Numbered from the stretch's first letter, positions 16,991 through 27,247 are shown. The stretch: DNA of 64,000 nucleotides from Candidatus Kapaibacterium sp. (GCA_963664875.1 OY761611.1:928001-992000); one strand, 5' to 3'. The notes: generated from the letters alone by a model not told the origin. Numbers and translations are program-made.

Positions 16991-17773
16991 CTACCTTATG
17001 AAATTTTCTTTGTCATTTTCTTTGAAGAAAGAAAGAGTATAATTACTATTAAGCTCTTCGCCTGCTGTTTCGCCGAATTGAGCAGCAATTGTTTCGTTTA
17101 TCTGCTGATTCAATAGATTCAGTGGAATATCCATTGGACAAACACTTGCACACTGGTTACATCCTACGCACCTTCCGGCAAGGTGCATAGCTCTGTTAAA
17201 ATGCCATTCAAAGTTACCCTGGGCATGAGAAGCAACCGGCACAAATTGCGGTTGATTTGCTTCTACCATACATTTTGTGCAATAGCACATTGGGCAAGCT
17301 GAACGACAAGCATAACATTTTATACATTTGGAGAATTCTTTATTCCAGAAATCCCTTCTTTCTTCTCGTGACATAGCTTTTATTTCTGCAACTCTGGCAG
17401 ATAAATCAGCATTTGTTTCTTTATTGTTTGCTTTGATATATTCAGTTACTTCTTCGAAACGCTCGAATTTTTTAGGAGAAGCATCAGCAGAAATAACTTT
17501 TACTTTATCACTAGTAATCTGATTTTCGTTAGCTAATTGAACTAAAGCTTTCATCGTTGACATATTAGCTAAAATACCAAGCTTAGATAATTTCTTTATT
17601 TCAGGTTTATTTAGATAAGCTGCAAGGTTAAATTCCTGGTTATCTATTTCATCCACCTGCATAGCATCTTCTGATTTTCTAACAATAAATGGTTTACCGT
17701 TTTTATATGCTACAAAAGCTTCAATATTATCATTAGCAAATAAATCCTGAATGATCGTTTTTAGATTAGACAT
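16991..17773 (-). CDS. flxC: 4Fe-4S dicluster protein FlxC (FdhB/FrhB C-terminal-like)
   Basis: KCIKCYACRSACPMCYC, HLAGRCVGCNQCASVCP; start placed at MSNLK. Confidence 0.75.
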   Translation of the reverse strand: MSNLKTIIQDLFANDNIEAFVAYKNGKPFIVRKSEDAMQVDEIDNQEFNLAAYLNKPEIKKLSKLGILANMSTMKALVQLANENQITSDKVKVISADASPKKFERFEEVTEYIKANNKETNADLSARVAEIKAMSREERRDFWNKEFSKCIKCYACRSACPMCYCTKCMVEANQPQFVPVASHAQGNFEWHFNRAMHLAGRCVGCNQCASVCPMDIPLNLLNQQINETIAAQFGETAGEELNSNYTLSFFKENDKENFIR

Positions 17774-18224
17774 AAAGCAAATCTCCCGGCATATTGACAC
17801 CTTTTTTTGCTAACTCTTGGTATTCTGTATTTGGTCCAAGTTCACGAATATCTTCTACAACTTCATTCACCAACTCAGCCCATTTAGCACCTTCAGCAGC
17901 AGAAACCCAAGAAAAAGTTATTCTACGAGTATCTAAGCCAACAAATTCCGCTAATTCTTTGAATACCATCCATCTTCGTCTGGCATGGAAGTTACCTGAT
18001 GTATAGTGACAATCATTTGGGTGACAACCGGAAACGATTACACCATCGGCTCCTGCTTCAAATGCTTTAAGAAGGAACATAAAGTCAATTCTGCCTGTGC
18101 ATGGGTAACGAACTATTCTCACGTTTGGAGGATATTTAATTCTGCTTGTACCTGCTAGGTCAGCACCTGCATAAGTACACCAGTTACACACATAAGCCAT
18201 TATTTTAGGTTCAAACTTCTGCAT
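17766..18224 (-). CDS. flxD: MvhD/FlxD 2Fe-2S subunit
   Basis: CNWCTYAGAD, PCTGRID, SGCHPNDCHY, WVSAAEG. Confidence 0.9.
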   Translation of the reverse strand: MQKFEPKIMAYVCNWCTYAGADLAGTSRIKYPPNVRIVRYPCTGRIDFMFLLKAFEAGADGVIVSGCHPNDCHYTSGNFHARRRWMVFKELAEFVGLDTRRITFSWVSAAEGAKWAELVNEVVEDIRELGPNTEYQELAKKGVNMPGDLLYV

Positions 18225-20232
18225 ATTCCTCCCTCCTGTTCCAAAGCGACATTACTTCAGATAAGATTTGTTGATGAGTAAAGCCGTTTAAGTCTATTGA
18301 TTTCGATCTACATAAAGCTACGCAAGTACCGCAGCCTTGGCATAAACCAGGATTTATATAAGCAACAGTTTTAATTAAGTTGCCGTTTCTGTCTTTTATT
18401 TCTTCTTTCCCGATTGCTAAATATGGACAAGCAGATTCACATAAAAAACAACCTACACAAGTAGAGAACATTGGCGGAGTAGTTCTGTTTACGACAGCAA
18501 CCAATGGTTCTCTTGTAAGCTCATCATTTGCAAAAAGTGCAACTGCTTTAACTGCTGCACCGGAAGCCTGAGCTACAGTTTCTGGAATATCTCTTGGCCC
18601 TTGGCAAGCACCAGCTAACATAATACCTGCTGTATTTGTTTCTACAGGTTTAAGTTTAGGATGAGCTTCAGAATAGAAATGGTGCGCATCATAACCAATG
18701 TGCATAGTCTGAGCCAAAGGTTCTGCTTTTTGCTGAGCAACAGCTGCAGTTGCAAGTACTACCATATCTGCTTCCACTTCTACAGGTTCTGAATTAAGAA
18801 GCGTATCTACACCGCGAACAATAAGTTTTCCGTCTCTTTCATATATTTTAGAGACTCTGCCACGAATATAATTAACATCGTCTTCTTCAATTGCTCTGCG
18901 AACAAATTCGTCATAGTTTTTACCGGCAGCACGAATATCCATATAAAATACGTAGGCATCACCATGATGAACTTTATGTTTGTATAACATAGCGTGTTTT
19001 GCGGTGTACATACAACAAATTTTAGAGCAATATTCTATTCCTTTTGCGTGGTCTCTTGAACCTGAACAAGCAATAAATACTACTTTCTCAGGTACTTTTC
19101 CGTCAGATGGTCTTTTTATAACACCTAAAGTCGGACCTGAAGCTGAAGCTAGTCTTTCGAATTGCAAGCCATCAATAATATCAGGATGTTGACCATAGCC
19201 GTATTCAGGGAAGAAATCTGTATGTTTGATATCAAAACCGGTAGCTACTACAATAGCACCAATTTTTTCTTCGATTATAGTTTCTTTCTGATTAAAATCA
19301 ATAGCATTTGCCGGGCAAACTTTTTCGCATAATTTACATTTGCCAGTTTTAAAATATGTGCAATGTTCTCTATCTATCACAGGCTTATTAGGTACAGCCT
19401 GAGGAAATGGAACATAGATTGCAGTTCTATTGCTAAGCCCTGCATTAAACTCATCAGGAATGCGTTTGCTTGGGCATTTCTGCATACATAAACCGCAACC
19501 GGTACACAAACTTTCATCTACACTTTTTGCTTTTTGTCTAATCTTAACTTCAAAGTTTCCGATGAAACCTGAAACAGATTCGACTTCAGCATATGTATAT
19601 AATTTTATATTTGGATGCTGAGCAACTTCCACCATTCGTGGAGTAAGAATACACTGAGAGCAGTCCAAAGTAGGGAAAGTCTCTGATAGTTGAGCCATGT
19701 GTCCACCAATAGAAGGCTCTTTTTCAACCATAATCACCTGATGACCACAATTTGCAATATCAAGTGCAGCTTGAATACCACCAATTCCACCACCGATAAC
19801 AAGAGCTGTTTTGGTAACAGGAACTTTGATATGTGTTAGTGGTTTGTTTTTCTTTACTTTTTCTACCAACATTTTTACAAGCTCAGTAGCTTTTTCTGTA
19901 GTGCTATCTTCTTTAGCGTGAACCCATGAGCAATGCTCTCTAAGGTTAGCCATTTCACAAAGGAATTCGTTAATTCCGGCTTCACGAGCTGCTTTTCTGA
20001 AAGTAGGTTCGTGCATACGCGGAGAACATGCTGCTACAACAATACCATCAAGTTTATGTTCTTTGATAGCATCTTTAATCATTGTCTGGCCGGGATCAGA
20101 GCACATATATTTATAGTCGATACTATAAGCAACGCCCGGGAATTTTGCTGCCGTTTCTGCAACTTTGGCACAGTCAACAGTAGCTCCGATATTTTCACCG
20201 CAATGGCAAACAAATACACCTATTCTTGACAT
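18211..20232 (-). CDS. hdrA: Heterodisulfide reductase subunit A (bifurcating flavoprotein)
   Basis: RIGVFVCHCG, CSPRMHE, NLREHCSWVH, GGGIGG, FPTLDCSQC, YCSKICC, GPRDIP. Confidence 0.95.
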   Translation of the reverse strand: MSRIGVFVCHCGENIGATVDCAKVAETAAKFPGVAYSIDYKYMCSDPGQTMIKDAIKEHKLDGIVVAACSPRMHEPTFRKAAREAGINEFLCEMANLREHCSWVHAKEDSTTEKATELVKMLVEKVKKNKPLTHIKVPVTKTALVIGGGIGGIQAALDIANCGHQVIMVEKEPSIGGHMAQLSETFPTLDCSQCILTPRMVEVAQHPNIKLYTYAEVESVSGFIGNFEVKIRQKAKSVDESLCTGCGLCMQKCPSKRIPDEFNAGLSNRTAIYVPFPQAVPNKPVIDREHCTYFKTGKCKLCEKVCPANAIDFNQKETIIEEKIGAIVVATGFDIKHTDFFPEYGYGQHPDIIDGLQFERLASASGPTLGVIKRPSDGKVPEKVVFIACSGSRDHAKGIEYCSKICCMYTAKHAMLYKHKVHHGDAYVFYMDIRAAGKNYDEFVRRAIEEDDVNYIRGRVSKIYERDGKLIVRGVDTLLNSEPVEVEADMVVLATAAVAQQKAEPLAQTMHIGYDAHHFYSEAHPKLKPVETNTAGIMLAGACQGPRDIPETVAQASGAAVKAVALFANDELTREPLVAVVNRTTPPMFSTCVGCFLCESACPYLAIGKEEIKDRNGNLIKTVAYINPGLCQGCGTCVALCRSKSIDLNGFTHQQILSEVMSLWNRREEYAEV

Positions 20233-20242
20233 TATACCTCCG

Positions 20243-21118
20243 TTAAGCTAATTCAGCCACAATTTTTAAATCTTTTTCTTTCACAGGGACAAAGTGTCTT
20301 TGCAAACCAAGTTTTTGTCCCGGAATACCAAGTGCAAGACCAATCATTTGAGTAATATAAAGCACAGGCATTTGAGCTGCTTTGCTTAAATATTTTTCAA
20401 TTTCCGGTCTTCTCATATCCAGATTAGAATGGCACATTGGGCAAGCAAGAACGATAGCTTCTGCCCCACGTTTTTCAGCATCTGCATATATGTCACCTGA
20501 TAATTTGGCAACTACATCAGTTTTGGGAACTGAAAGACCTGCACCACAACATTCAGTTTTAAATGCCCAGTCTATAGTTTTAGTACCAATAATTTTCAGA
20601 ATATTTTCCATAATCTGAGGATCTTCGTATCTATCAATTTTTGCTAATTTTGGTGGTCTTACAAGTAAGCAGCCGTAATAACAAGCAGTTACTACTTCTA
20701 CTTTACTTTTCACTTTCTCAGCAAGAATATCTTTAACATATTTTTCTAAGAATTCGAGCACTGAAATCGGACGAGCTTTTGCTTCAATCGGCATTTCTAT
20801 TATAGAAGTTATTTCTTCTCTCAATTTTTTGTCTTTCTTCACCTCTTCGTAAGCATTTATAAGTCTGCTATAGCAAGCAGCACAAGGAACTAAGATTTCA
20901 TCAAAGTCCTGCTTCTCAGCTAAAGCAATACTCCTTGCAGGAAGAGATAATGATAATTTATGATTCAAGGAGTGAGCAGCAGTAGCACCACAGCAATTCC
21001 AGTCATTAATTTCTACAAGTTCAATATCCAGTTTCTCACAAATTGCTTTGATTGACTCTCCATACTCTAAAGCAGTACCTGCCATAGAGCAACCCGGGAA
21101 GTATCCTAATCTAATCAA
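20243..21118 (-). CDS. hdrB: Heterodisulfide reductase subunit B (CCG domains)
   Basis: YFPGCS, WNCCGA, CAACY, YYGCLL, ECCGA, CPMCH; TTG start overlaps the hdrC stop. Confidence 0.93.
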   Translation of the reverse strand: MIRLGYFPGCSMAGTALEYGESIKAICEKLDIELVEINDWNCCGATAAHSLNHKLSLSLPARSIALAEKQDFDEILVPCAACYSRLINAYEEVKKDKKLREEITSIIEMPIEAKARPISVLEFLEKYVKDILAEKVKSKVEVVTACYYGCLLVRPPKLAKIDRYEDPQIMENILKIIGTKTIDWAFKTECCGAGLSVPKTDVVAKLSGDIYADAEKRGAEAIVLACPMCHSNLDMRRPEIEKYLSKAAQMPVLYITQMIGLALGIPGQKLGLQRHFVPVKEKDLKIVAELA

Positions 21119-21702
21119 TGTTCACCTCCAGCATTACTTTGTGCTTCTGCTCTTTCAAACATTTTTCTGATAGCCTCTTTGTTTTTTACAGTATGCGGCA
21201 TCAGACTAAGCTTACCTTTTAAAAACATGGCAGGAGCATTTTTAACATCCTGCATTAGGTTGAATGTTTTCATCTTGTACTGAGCAACCATACCAACCTC
21301 AAAGAGTTTGCCTGTCGTTTTAACTGAGTTTAAGAAAGACTCATGAAATGCCACAATGTCTTTTGCTTCTTTGTTATAGACTTTGTCTTTGTAGGCTTTT
21401 TGTCTCAAATAATCAGCAATAATCGGGAATTCTACATCCTGAGGGCATCGGGCAGCACATGTTTCGCACGTAAGGCAAAGCCAAATGTGCATAGACTGAA
21501 GAGCATTATTGTCATGCTTTTCATCCCCTACCTGCAACTGTCTGATAACCTGATTAGGAGCCATATCGGTAATGTCAGCAACCGGACACCCGGCGGCACA
21601 TTTCCCGCATTGATAGCAATCTGCAACCCATTGCTTCGTCTCTAACTTTATTGAATATTTGAGAGATGAAGAATGAGGATGTTGATGTAAAGATTCTACC
21701 AT
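21115..21702 (-). CDS. hdrC: Heterodisulfide reductase subunit C
   Basis: CYQCGKCAAGCP and WLCLTCETCAARCP. Confidence 0.92.
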   Translation of the reverse strand: MVESLHQHPHSSSLKYSIKLETKQWVADCYQCGKCAAGCPVADITDMAPNQVIRQLQVGDEKHDNNALQSMHIWLCLTCETCAARCPQDVEFPIIADYLRQKAYKDKVYNKEAKDIVAFHESFLNSVKTTGKLFEVGMVAQYKMKTFNLMQDVKNAPAMFLKGKLSLMPHTVKNKEAIRKMFERAEAQSNAGGEH

Positions 21703-22151
21703 ATCGTCCTCATAGTAGTTTATTTATATTTATATAACATTTTCCCTTAATAAATCACATATTAATCCACACCATTATTGCATATAATAATAAATGAGAT
21801 AGCATACACTTAGTATGCCTAATATGCTAAGATAGCTCACTCTGATAATTTAGCAATTAGAAACAAATTATGAAAGAATTGAATTGATTTTTGTCTTATT
21901 TTTTTCCACATTCTCCATTTTCTTGCATATTTCAGCATTACACCTTAGTATTATTCATCATTTTTTAAATGTTTTTTCTTTGTTTAGATTTTTCTATTAT
22001 TTTTATTAGCCTAACATGATTTTTTAGATTAGCCTTATCTAATTCTAAATTTCCTACACTTTTATCTTGATAGTAACACTACATATTTGCACTATAAAAA
22101 AAGCCGCACTAAGTACGGCCATTTTCTTTATTTTTTAGAATATAAATCAGT

Positions 22152-22862
22152 CTAATTGGTCTTCTTTTTTCGAATCTTCATATTGATAAACTCGACCGAC
22201 AAAGAGAAAGCTACTGCAAAATATATGTACCCTTTTGGTACGTGGTAGTGTAGTGCTTCTATAAGCAACATAAAACCTATCAAGATCAAAAATGATAACG
22301 CAAGCACTTGAAGTGTAGGATGATTATTGATAAATTCGCTTATTTTACCGGAAAAAACAATCATTACTATCATTGCCAGTATCACTGCAATAATCATAAT
22401 AAGCACGTCTTCAGTTAAACCTACAGCTGTTAGTATCGAATCGAAAGAAAAGATAAAATCGAGTGCAATGATTTGAGTAATCACAGCTGCAAAGGATTTA
22501 GCTTTAGAATTGGTACCATGCTGCTCTTCTCCTGACATTTTATGGTGTATTTCAGAAGTACTTTTTGCTAGAAGAAAAATCCCCCCTACGGCAAGAATCA
22601 AATCTCTTCCACTTAGTTCAAATCCCAAAATTGTCAAAATTGGTTGGGTAAATCCAATTATATAAGAAATACCGAGTAGTAAAAATATTCTGACTATGAG
22701 AGCAAGCGATAAGCCTATCAATCTTGCTTTTGCCTGCTGCTCATGAGGCAATTTATTGGAAACGATAGATATAAAAATAATATTATCCACACCCAGCACT
22801 ATTTCCAAAAATGTCAAAGTAAGTAACGCAATCCATGCTTCCGAATGCAAAAACACTTCCAT
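22152..22862 (-). CDS. TerC family membrane protein
   Basis: LEIVLGVDNIIF, DFIFSFDSILTAVG, PKGYIYFA. Confidence 0.92.
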   Translation of the reverse strand: MEVFLHSEAWIALLTLTFLEIVLGVDNIIFISIVSNKLPHEQQAKARLIGLSLALIVRIFLLLGISYIIGFTQPILTILGFELSGRDLILAVGGIFLLAKSTSEIHHKMSGEEQHGTNSKAKSFAAVITQIIALDFIFSFDSILTAVGLTEDVLIMIIAVILAMIVMIVFSGKISEFINNHPTLQVLALSFLILIGFMLLIEALHYHVPKGYIYFAVAFSLSVEFINMKIRKKKTN

Positions 22863-22990
22863 AAATTATACCTTATATATTTGAACCGTCATTTATTCCG
22901 TTTTGCAAAATATTGATTTCCTTGTAAGCAACAAAAGACTTATATTTATTATTAGAGATAAATTTTTTTTAGTTATAGATTGTTTCTCTT

Positions 22991-23929
22991 ATGGACGCTG
23001 CAAAACTTAAAGCTAAACTGATAGAAGAACTCAGGAAAAATATCGATAATTTAGATAGTGAAATAATCTCGCTTCTTAGCAGCAGATTAGAAAAAGCGAG
23101 ACAGATTATCAAAATCAAAGATGAATTGGGAGAATCTGCGTTCTCGCCCGAAAGAGAACGTGCCATTTTGAATTCTTTATATTCGAAATCATCAAGGCTT
23201 TTGAATAAAAGCTTTATTGAATCCATTTATAACACCATCTTTGATGAATCAAAGCAAATTGCAAAAGAGCAACACAACCCTTACTCTATTACATTCCTTA
23301 TAAAAGACAGCAACGCCTTGAAGCGAATTTCTAATTTGCCTAATTTTATTGCTGAAGAATTCAACCTGATTGTAGCTTTTTCTGATGCAAATTTAGATAT
23401 AAAACAAGAATTGAATTCTCTGAATAACATAAAAACGATGTTCTTCGCTGAAAGATTCACACAGTTAGACAAATTAAAAACTACACCGGATTTTATTGTC
23501 CCTAACTATTTTAGCAATTTTTGTGAGGAGTCCCAGCAAAAATTCGCAGAGCTTGTTAATTCGACTAAGTCAAATTTAGTGTTACGCTACGGTAATGGAT
23601 TTTATATTAAAGAATTTGTAGAAATATTAGATAGATATCTCACTATTTTAGACACCCCTCCCTCCATATTACTGGACAGACAGCTCGTACAGCCTGTGGA
23701 TTTAGGTACTGAAATCAACTTAAACAGCTTACTTGAAATTAAACCATATTCAACTGCAACATTATTCAAAGATATGTGTTATTTAAGTAAAGAAGCCGAT
23801 GTTGTTTCTGCCTCAAAAGCAGCTTTTACTTCAGGAGTAAATTCAGTTATCGTTGATATTAATACAGTGACAAACTCCTCGATACAGTCAATAATCGAGT
23901 TTTGCAAAATGTTACAAAGGCAGAAATGA
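22991..23929 (+). CDS. Chorismate mutase (AroQ) fused to a degenerate DAHP-synthase-like domain
   Basis: N-terminal LRKNIDNLD..IISLLSSR...K....RERAIL AroQ pattern; the C-terminal part loosely parallels type I-beta DAHP synthase. Confidence 0.7.
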   Translation: MDAAKLKAKLIEELRKNIDNLDSEIISLLSSRLEKARQIIKIKDELGESAFSPERERAILNSLYSKSSRLLNKSFIESIYNTIFDESKQIAKEQHNPYSITFLIKDSNALKRISNLPNFIAEEFNLIVAFSDANLDIKQELNSLNNIKTMFFAERFTQLDKLKTTPDFIVPNYFSNFCEESQQKFAELVNSTKSNLVLRYGNGFYIKEFVEILDRYLTILDTPPSILLDRQLVQPVDLGTEINLNSLLEIKPYSTATLFKDMCYLSKEADVVSASKAAFTSGVNSVIVDINTVTNSSIQSIIEFCKMLQRQK

Positions 23930-24948
23930 GCTTAGTACTCAAACAGTTAAACAATGCACTTTCAGATTATGTTTTTGCCGATTTTAATCAGTATTTGGCA
24001 AAAAAAATGGAGTCATACAATAGAATTTTCTTTATTACTGACGACAATCTTGAAAAGCATTATAAAGCTTCCATTTTGCAATCCGGCAATTACTTTTCTT
24101 TTGAGCATGGAGAGCAAAATAAAACACTTGGTACAGTAGAGAGTATTTATAATTTCTTTACTACGCACGAAGCAAATCGTTCTGATTTGATTATTGGATT
24201 TGGTGGAGGAATTGTTTCTGACATTACAGGATTTGCAGCGGCTACTTTTAAACGTGGCTTAGATTTCGGTTTTATTCCTACAACTTTACTTTCAATGGTC
24301 GATGCATCTATTGGCGGGAAAAACGGCATAAATTATAAAAATTATAAAAACATGGTTGGTAGCATAGTGCAACCCAAATTTATCTGCGTTGATGTAAAAT
24401 TATTGGATACTTTGCCTAAAAGGGACTTTACAGACGGATTTGCAGAAATAATTAAATCAGCCGCGATTGCTGATTCATCATTGATTGAAACGCTATCAGA
24501 TAAACAATATTTTGATATTTCAGATATTATTCTTAAAGTTGCTAAAATCAAATTTGCAATTGTAACTAAAGACGTAAAAGAAAACGGACTTAGAAAAGTT
24601 CTTAACTTCGGCCATACTATTGCTCACGCAATAGAAAAGGAATATGCCTATTCGCATGGAGTCGCAGTAGCTTGGGGAATGATTTTTGCATCAGAGCTGT
24701 CTTTCAGTTTAGGACTGCTTTGCTTTAATAAAAAAGAAATTTTGCAAAAACTTATAAGAAGATATTTTGATTTATCCAAAGCTCCTATTGAAATGGAAAC
24801 AATCTCAGACGCAATCAAGTTTGATAAAAAAAGAAAAAACGACTATATAGACTTTGTACTTCTTCAAGATATAGGAAGTCCGATAATAAAATCAATTTCA
24901 ATAAATAATTTGACGGAGATGATGCATGCTTTTTGTTACACTCGGTAA
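23926..24948 (+). CDS. aroB: 3-dehydroquinate synthase
   Basis: GEQNK, GGGIVSD, PTTLLSMVDASIGGKNG, LNFGHT, HGVAV; ATG overlaps the upstream TGA. Confidence 0.93.
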   Translation: MSLVLKQLNNALSDYVFADFNQYLAKKMESYNRIFFITDDNLEKHYKASILQSGNYFSFEHGEQNKTLGTVESIYNFFTTHEANRSDLIIGFGGGIVSDITGFAAATFKRGLDFGFIPTTLLSMVDASIGGKNGINYKNYKNMVGSIVQPKFICVDVKLLDTLPKRDFTDGFAEIIKSAAIADSSLIETLSDKQYFDISDIILKVAKIKFAIVTKDVKENGLRKVLNFGHTIAHAIEKEYAYSHGVAVAWGMIFASELSFSLGLLCFNKKEILQKLIRRYFDLSKAPIEMETISDAIKFDKKRKNDYIDFVLLQDIGSPIIKSISINNLTEMMHAFCYTR

Positions 24949-25564
24949 TATGGACAAAGAACAGCTTTTGGTACAGGTAAAAAAGTATGATAATATAGAA
25001 ATTCGATTTGATTTGTTACCTGAATTGTCATTAGATGACATCAAAGAAGTAGTCGAAGCAGGTAAAAATATAATAGCTACCTGCCGTGGTGGCAAGCTGT
25101 CATTAGATGATAGAATTAATATTTTGAAAGCTGCTGTAAAAGCAGGTGCCAATTTCATTGATTTGGAGTACAAAAACGACCAAAGTGTGCTTGATAAACT
25201 ATATCAAATTTCGCGGGAGTACAACTGCCAAACCATCATATCATATCACGATTATGACAAAACTCCTTCATATTTAGAGCTTAAGCATCAGCTGGCAGAT
25301 ATGCTCGATATGAAAACTGCTTATGTCAAACTTGCGGTTAACACAAGAACTAATGATGAAATTGACAGATTGTTTGATTTGTTCAAAGATTTCAACAACA
25401 AGAATATTGTGCTTGTACCTATGAGTGATGATTTGCCTGAAGCTCGTGTAGAATCTCTATTTCTTGGATCTGCATTTATGTATGTAGCTCCTGATGGTAT
25501 AGAAACAAATATAGCTCCGGGCATGATTTCGTTTTCTGAATTTCAAAAACTTGCAGCTATGTAA
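24926..25564 (+). CDS. aroD: Type I 3-dehydroquinate dehydratase
   Basis: EIRFD, IATCR, IDLE, ISYHDYDKTP, KLAV, APG. Confidence 0.88.
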   Translation: MLFVTLGNMDKEQLLVQVKKYDNIEIRFDLLPELSLDDIKEVVEAGKNIIATCRGGKLSLDDRINILKAAVKAGANFIDLEYKNDQSVLDKLYQISREYNCQTIISYHDYDKTPSYLELKHQLADMLDMKTAYVKLAVNTRTNDEIDRLFDLFKDFNNKNIVLVPMSDDLPEARVESLFLGSAFMYVAPDGIETNIAPGMISFSEFQKLAAM

Positions 25565-25639
25565 AAAATAGCAGAAATGCTCCTTTATTTATTGCATTTT
25601 TCTTTGTATCTTTATACTATAAAATAGTTTGTCCAACAA

Positions 25640-26704
25640 GTGAGTGGAGCGAATAACTCTCCCGATATGGAATATTTTCTGATTGCCTTTGTGGTTTCAA
25701 TTGGTTTCCTAATTTCTACACTATCTGCAGCTGTTACATCCGTACCTCCGGATGAGAATGAGAGCGAAAGCAACTCGATTAGGAGTCGCTTTGAAAGCAG
25801 GGTTAATCCCTTAGATATACTCGAGATATTTGCCTACTTAGTTTCGGCTGTCATGCTTGGCGTTACTCTCAATAACGGCTCTCACCCTTACTATGAAAAC
25901 TATATAGCTTTATTCCTGTTTCTTATTTCGTTTTTGTTGCTACGATACATTTTTGTTGGCATTGGTATAAGATTTTATAGCAAAATATTTTCTTCATTTT
26001 TGCCATTATACAAACTTGTTACACTTTTGGTATCTCCATTTTCTAATATGATTTCTACTATGATTGCTGCTATTAGCAATGAGAATATGGAAGACGCTTC
26101 GAGAAACGAAATTTCTGCTTTAGTAGAATCTGCGCGAGAAGAGGGTTCTTTAGATGATCGCGAATACAGAATCCTTAAAAATATAATGCATTTCAGCGAT
26201 ATTCTTGTCAGCGATGTCATGACTCCCAGAACTATGGTTTTTTCTGCTAAAACAGAGGCCACAGTAAAAGATATAATCAGTCTTCCCGAACTTAAAATGT
26301 ACAGTAGATTTCCAATATGGTCCGGCGAATCCCTCGATGAAAACATTGATGGCTATGTTATGACAAGAGACGTACTGCATGCAGCTCTCAGGGGCGAATA
26401 TGATATAAAACTCTCAAAGTTTGCCCGTGAAGTGTATTATATTCCTGAAAATGCAGAGCTGGATGTTGCTTTAGATAAATTCCTAAAAAGAAAGCAGCAT
26501 TTGTTTATGGTTGTAGATGAGTATGGTGGAATCGAAGGCTTGCTCTCAATGGAAGATGTATTAGAGACAATTTTGGGAGTAGAGATTGTGGACGAAGCTG
26601 ATAGATTCGAAGATTTAAGAGAAATTGCTAAACAGCAAAGAGACAGAAGAATCTCACAACTTTCTTCCTCAGGCGAAATAATAAATGATGAGGTGGTAGA
26701 ATAA
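25640..26704 (+). CDS. CNNM/HlyC-CorC family CBS-domain membrane protein
   Basis: N-terminal TM segments; VMTPR, YSRFP, VVDEYGGIEGL, EDVLETILG. Confidence 0.88.
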   Translation: MSGANNSPDMEYFLIAFVVSIGFLISTLSAAVTSVPPDENESESNSIRSRFESRVNPLDILEIFAYLVSAVMLGVTLNNGSHPYYENYIALFLFLISFLLLRYIFVGIGIRFYSKIFSSFLPLYKLVTLLVSPFSNMISTMIAAISNENMEDASRNEISALVESAREEGSLDDREYRILKNIMHFSDILVSDVMTPRTMVFSAKTEATVKDIISLPELKMYSRFPIWSGESLDENIDGYVMTRDVLHAALRGEYDIKLSKFAREVYYIPENAELDVALDKFLKRKQHLFMVVDEYGGIEGLLSMEDVLETILGVEIVDEADRFEDLREIAKQQRDRRISQLSSSGEIINDEVVE

Positions 26705-26705
26705 C

Positions 26706-27110
26706 ATGGTGTCAACTTCTTTAATACATTGGGAAAAAGACTTGATTGTCGGAATTGAGTCTATCGACAAGCAGCACTTTTTGCTCACCAATCAATTGAA
26801 TTTGGCTTTTGAGCTTTATAAAGAAAACAATACAAAAGAATCTTTAGATGCTTTGGAAAGATTTGTTTTGACTATAAAAAATCATTTCGCTTCCGAAGAA
26901 TCTATAATGCAATCCAATAGTTATCCGAATTTCGATGAGCATTGCTCTCTACACACAAAACTGTTTGAACAGATAAATAAATTATACCATTTTTTGGTAG
27001 AAGGAAAGTCAGTTTTAAACGATGAAGTCTTTGATTTTCTTAAAAGTTGGCTTTTGGATCATATAAAACAGAGCGATAGAGAATTAGGTATATTTTTGAA
27101 TTTGCGGTAA
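26706..27110 (+). CDS. Bacteriohemerythrin
   Basis: IDKQH, HFASEE, HCSLH, WLLDHIKQSD di-iron ligand set. Confidence 0.9.
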   Translation: MVSTSLIHWEKDLIVGIESIDKQHFLLTNQLNLAFELYKENNTKESLDALERFVLTIKNHFASEESIMQSNSYPNFDEHCSLHTKLFEQINKLYHFLVEGKSVLNDEVFDFLKSWLLDHIKQSDRELGIFLNLR

Positions 27111-27172
27111 ATTTTATAAAAAGTATTTGCAAATATCAGACATTTTCCATATTTTTGAATTCTCGTTTGAGA

Positions 27173-27247
27173 CGGGGCGTGGCGCAGTCCGGTTAGCGCG
27201 TCTGGTTTGGGACCAGAAGGCCGGAGGTTCGAATCCTCTCGCCCCGA
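27173..27247 (+). tRNA. tRNA-Pro (anticodon TGG), copy 1
   Basis: CGGGGCGTGGCGCAGTCCGGTTAGCGCGTCTGGTTTGGGACCAGAAGGCCGGAGGTTCGAATCCTCTCGCCCCGA. Confidence 0.95.

Noticed and set aside
17766-20232. Selenocysteine recoding in HdrA/MvhD
   Set aside because: Both ORFs are uninterrupted with Cys at the motif positions; no in-frame TGA.
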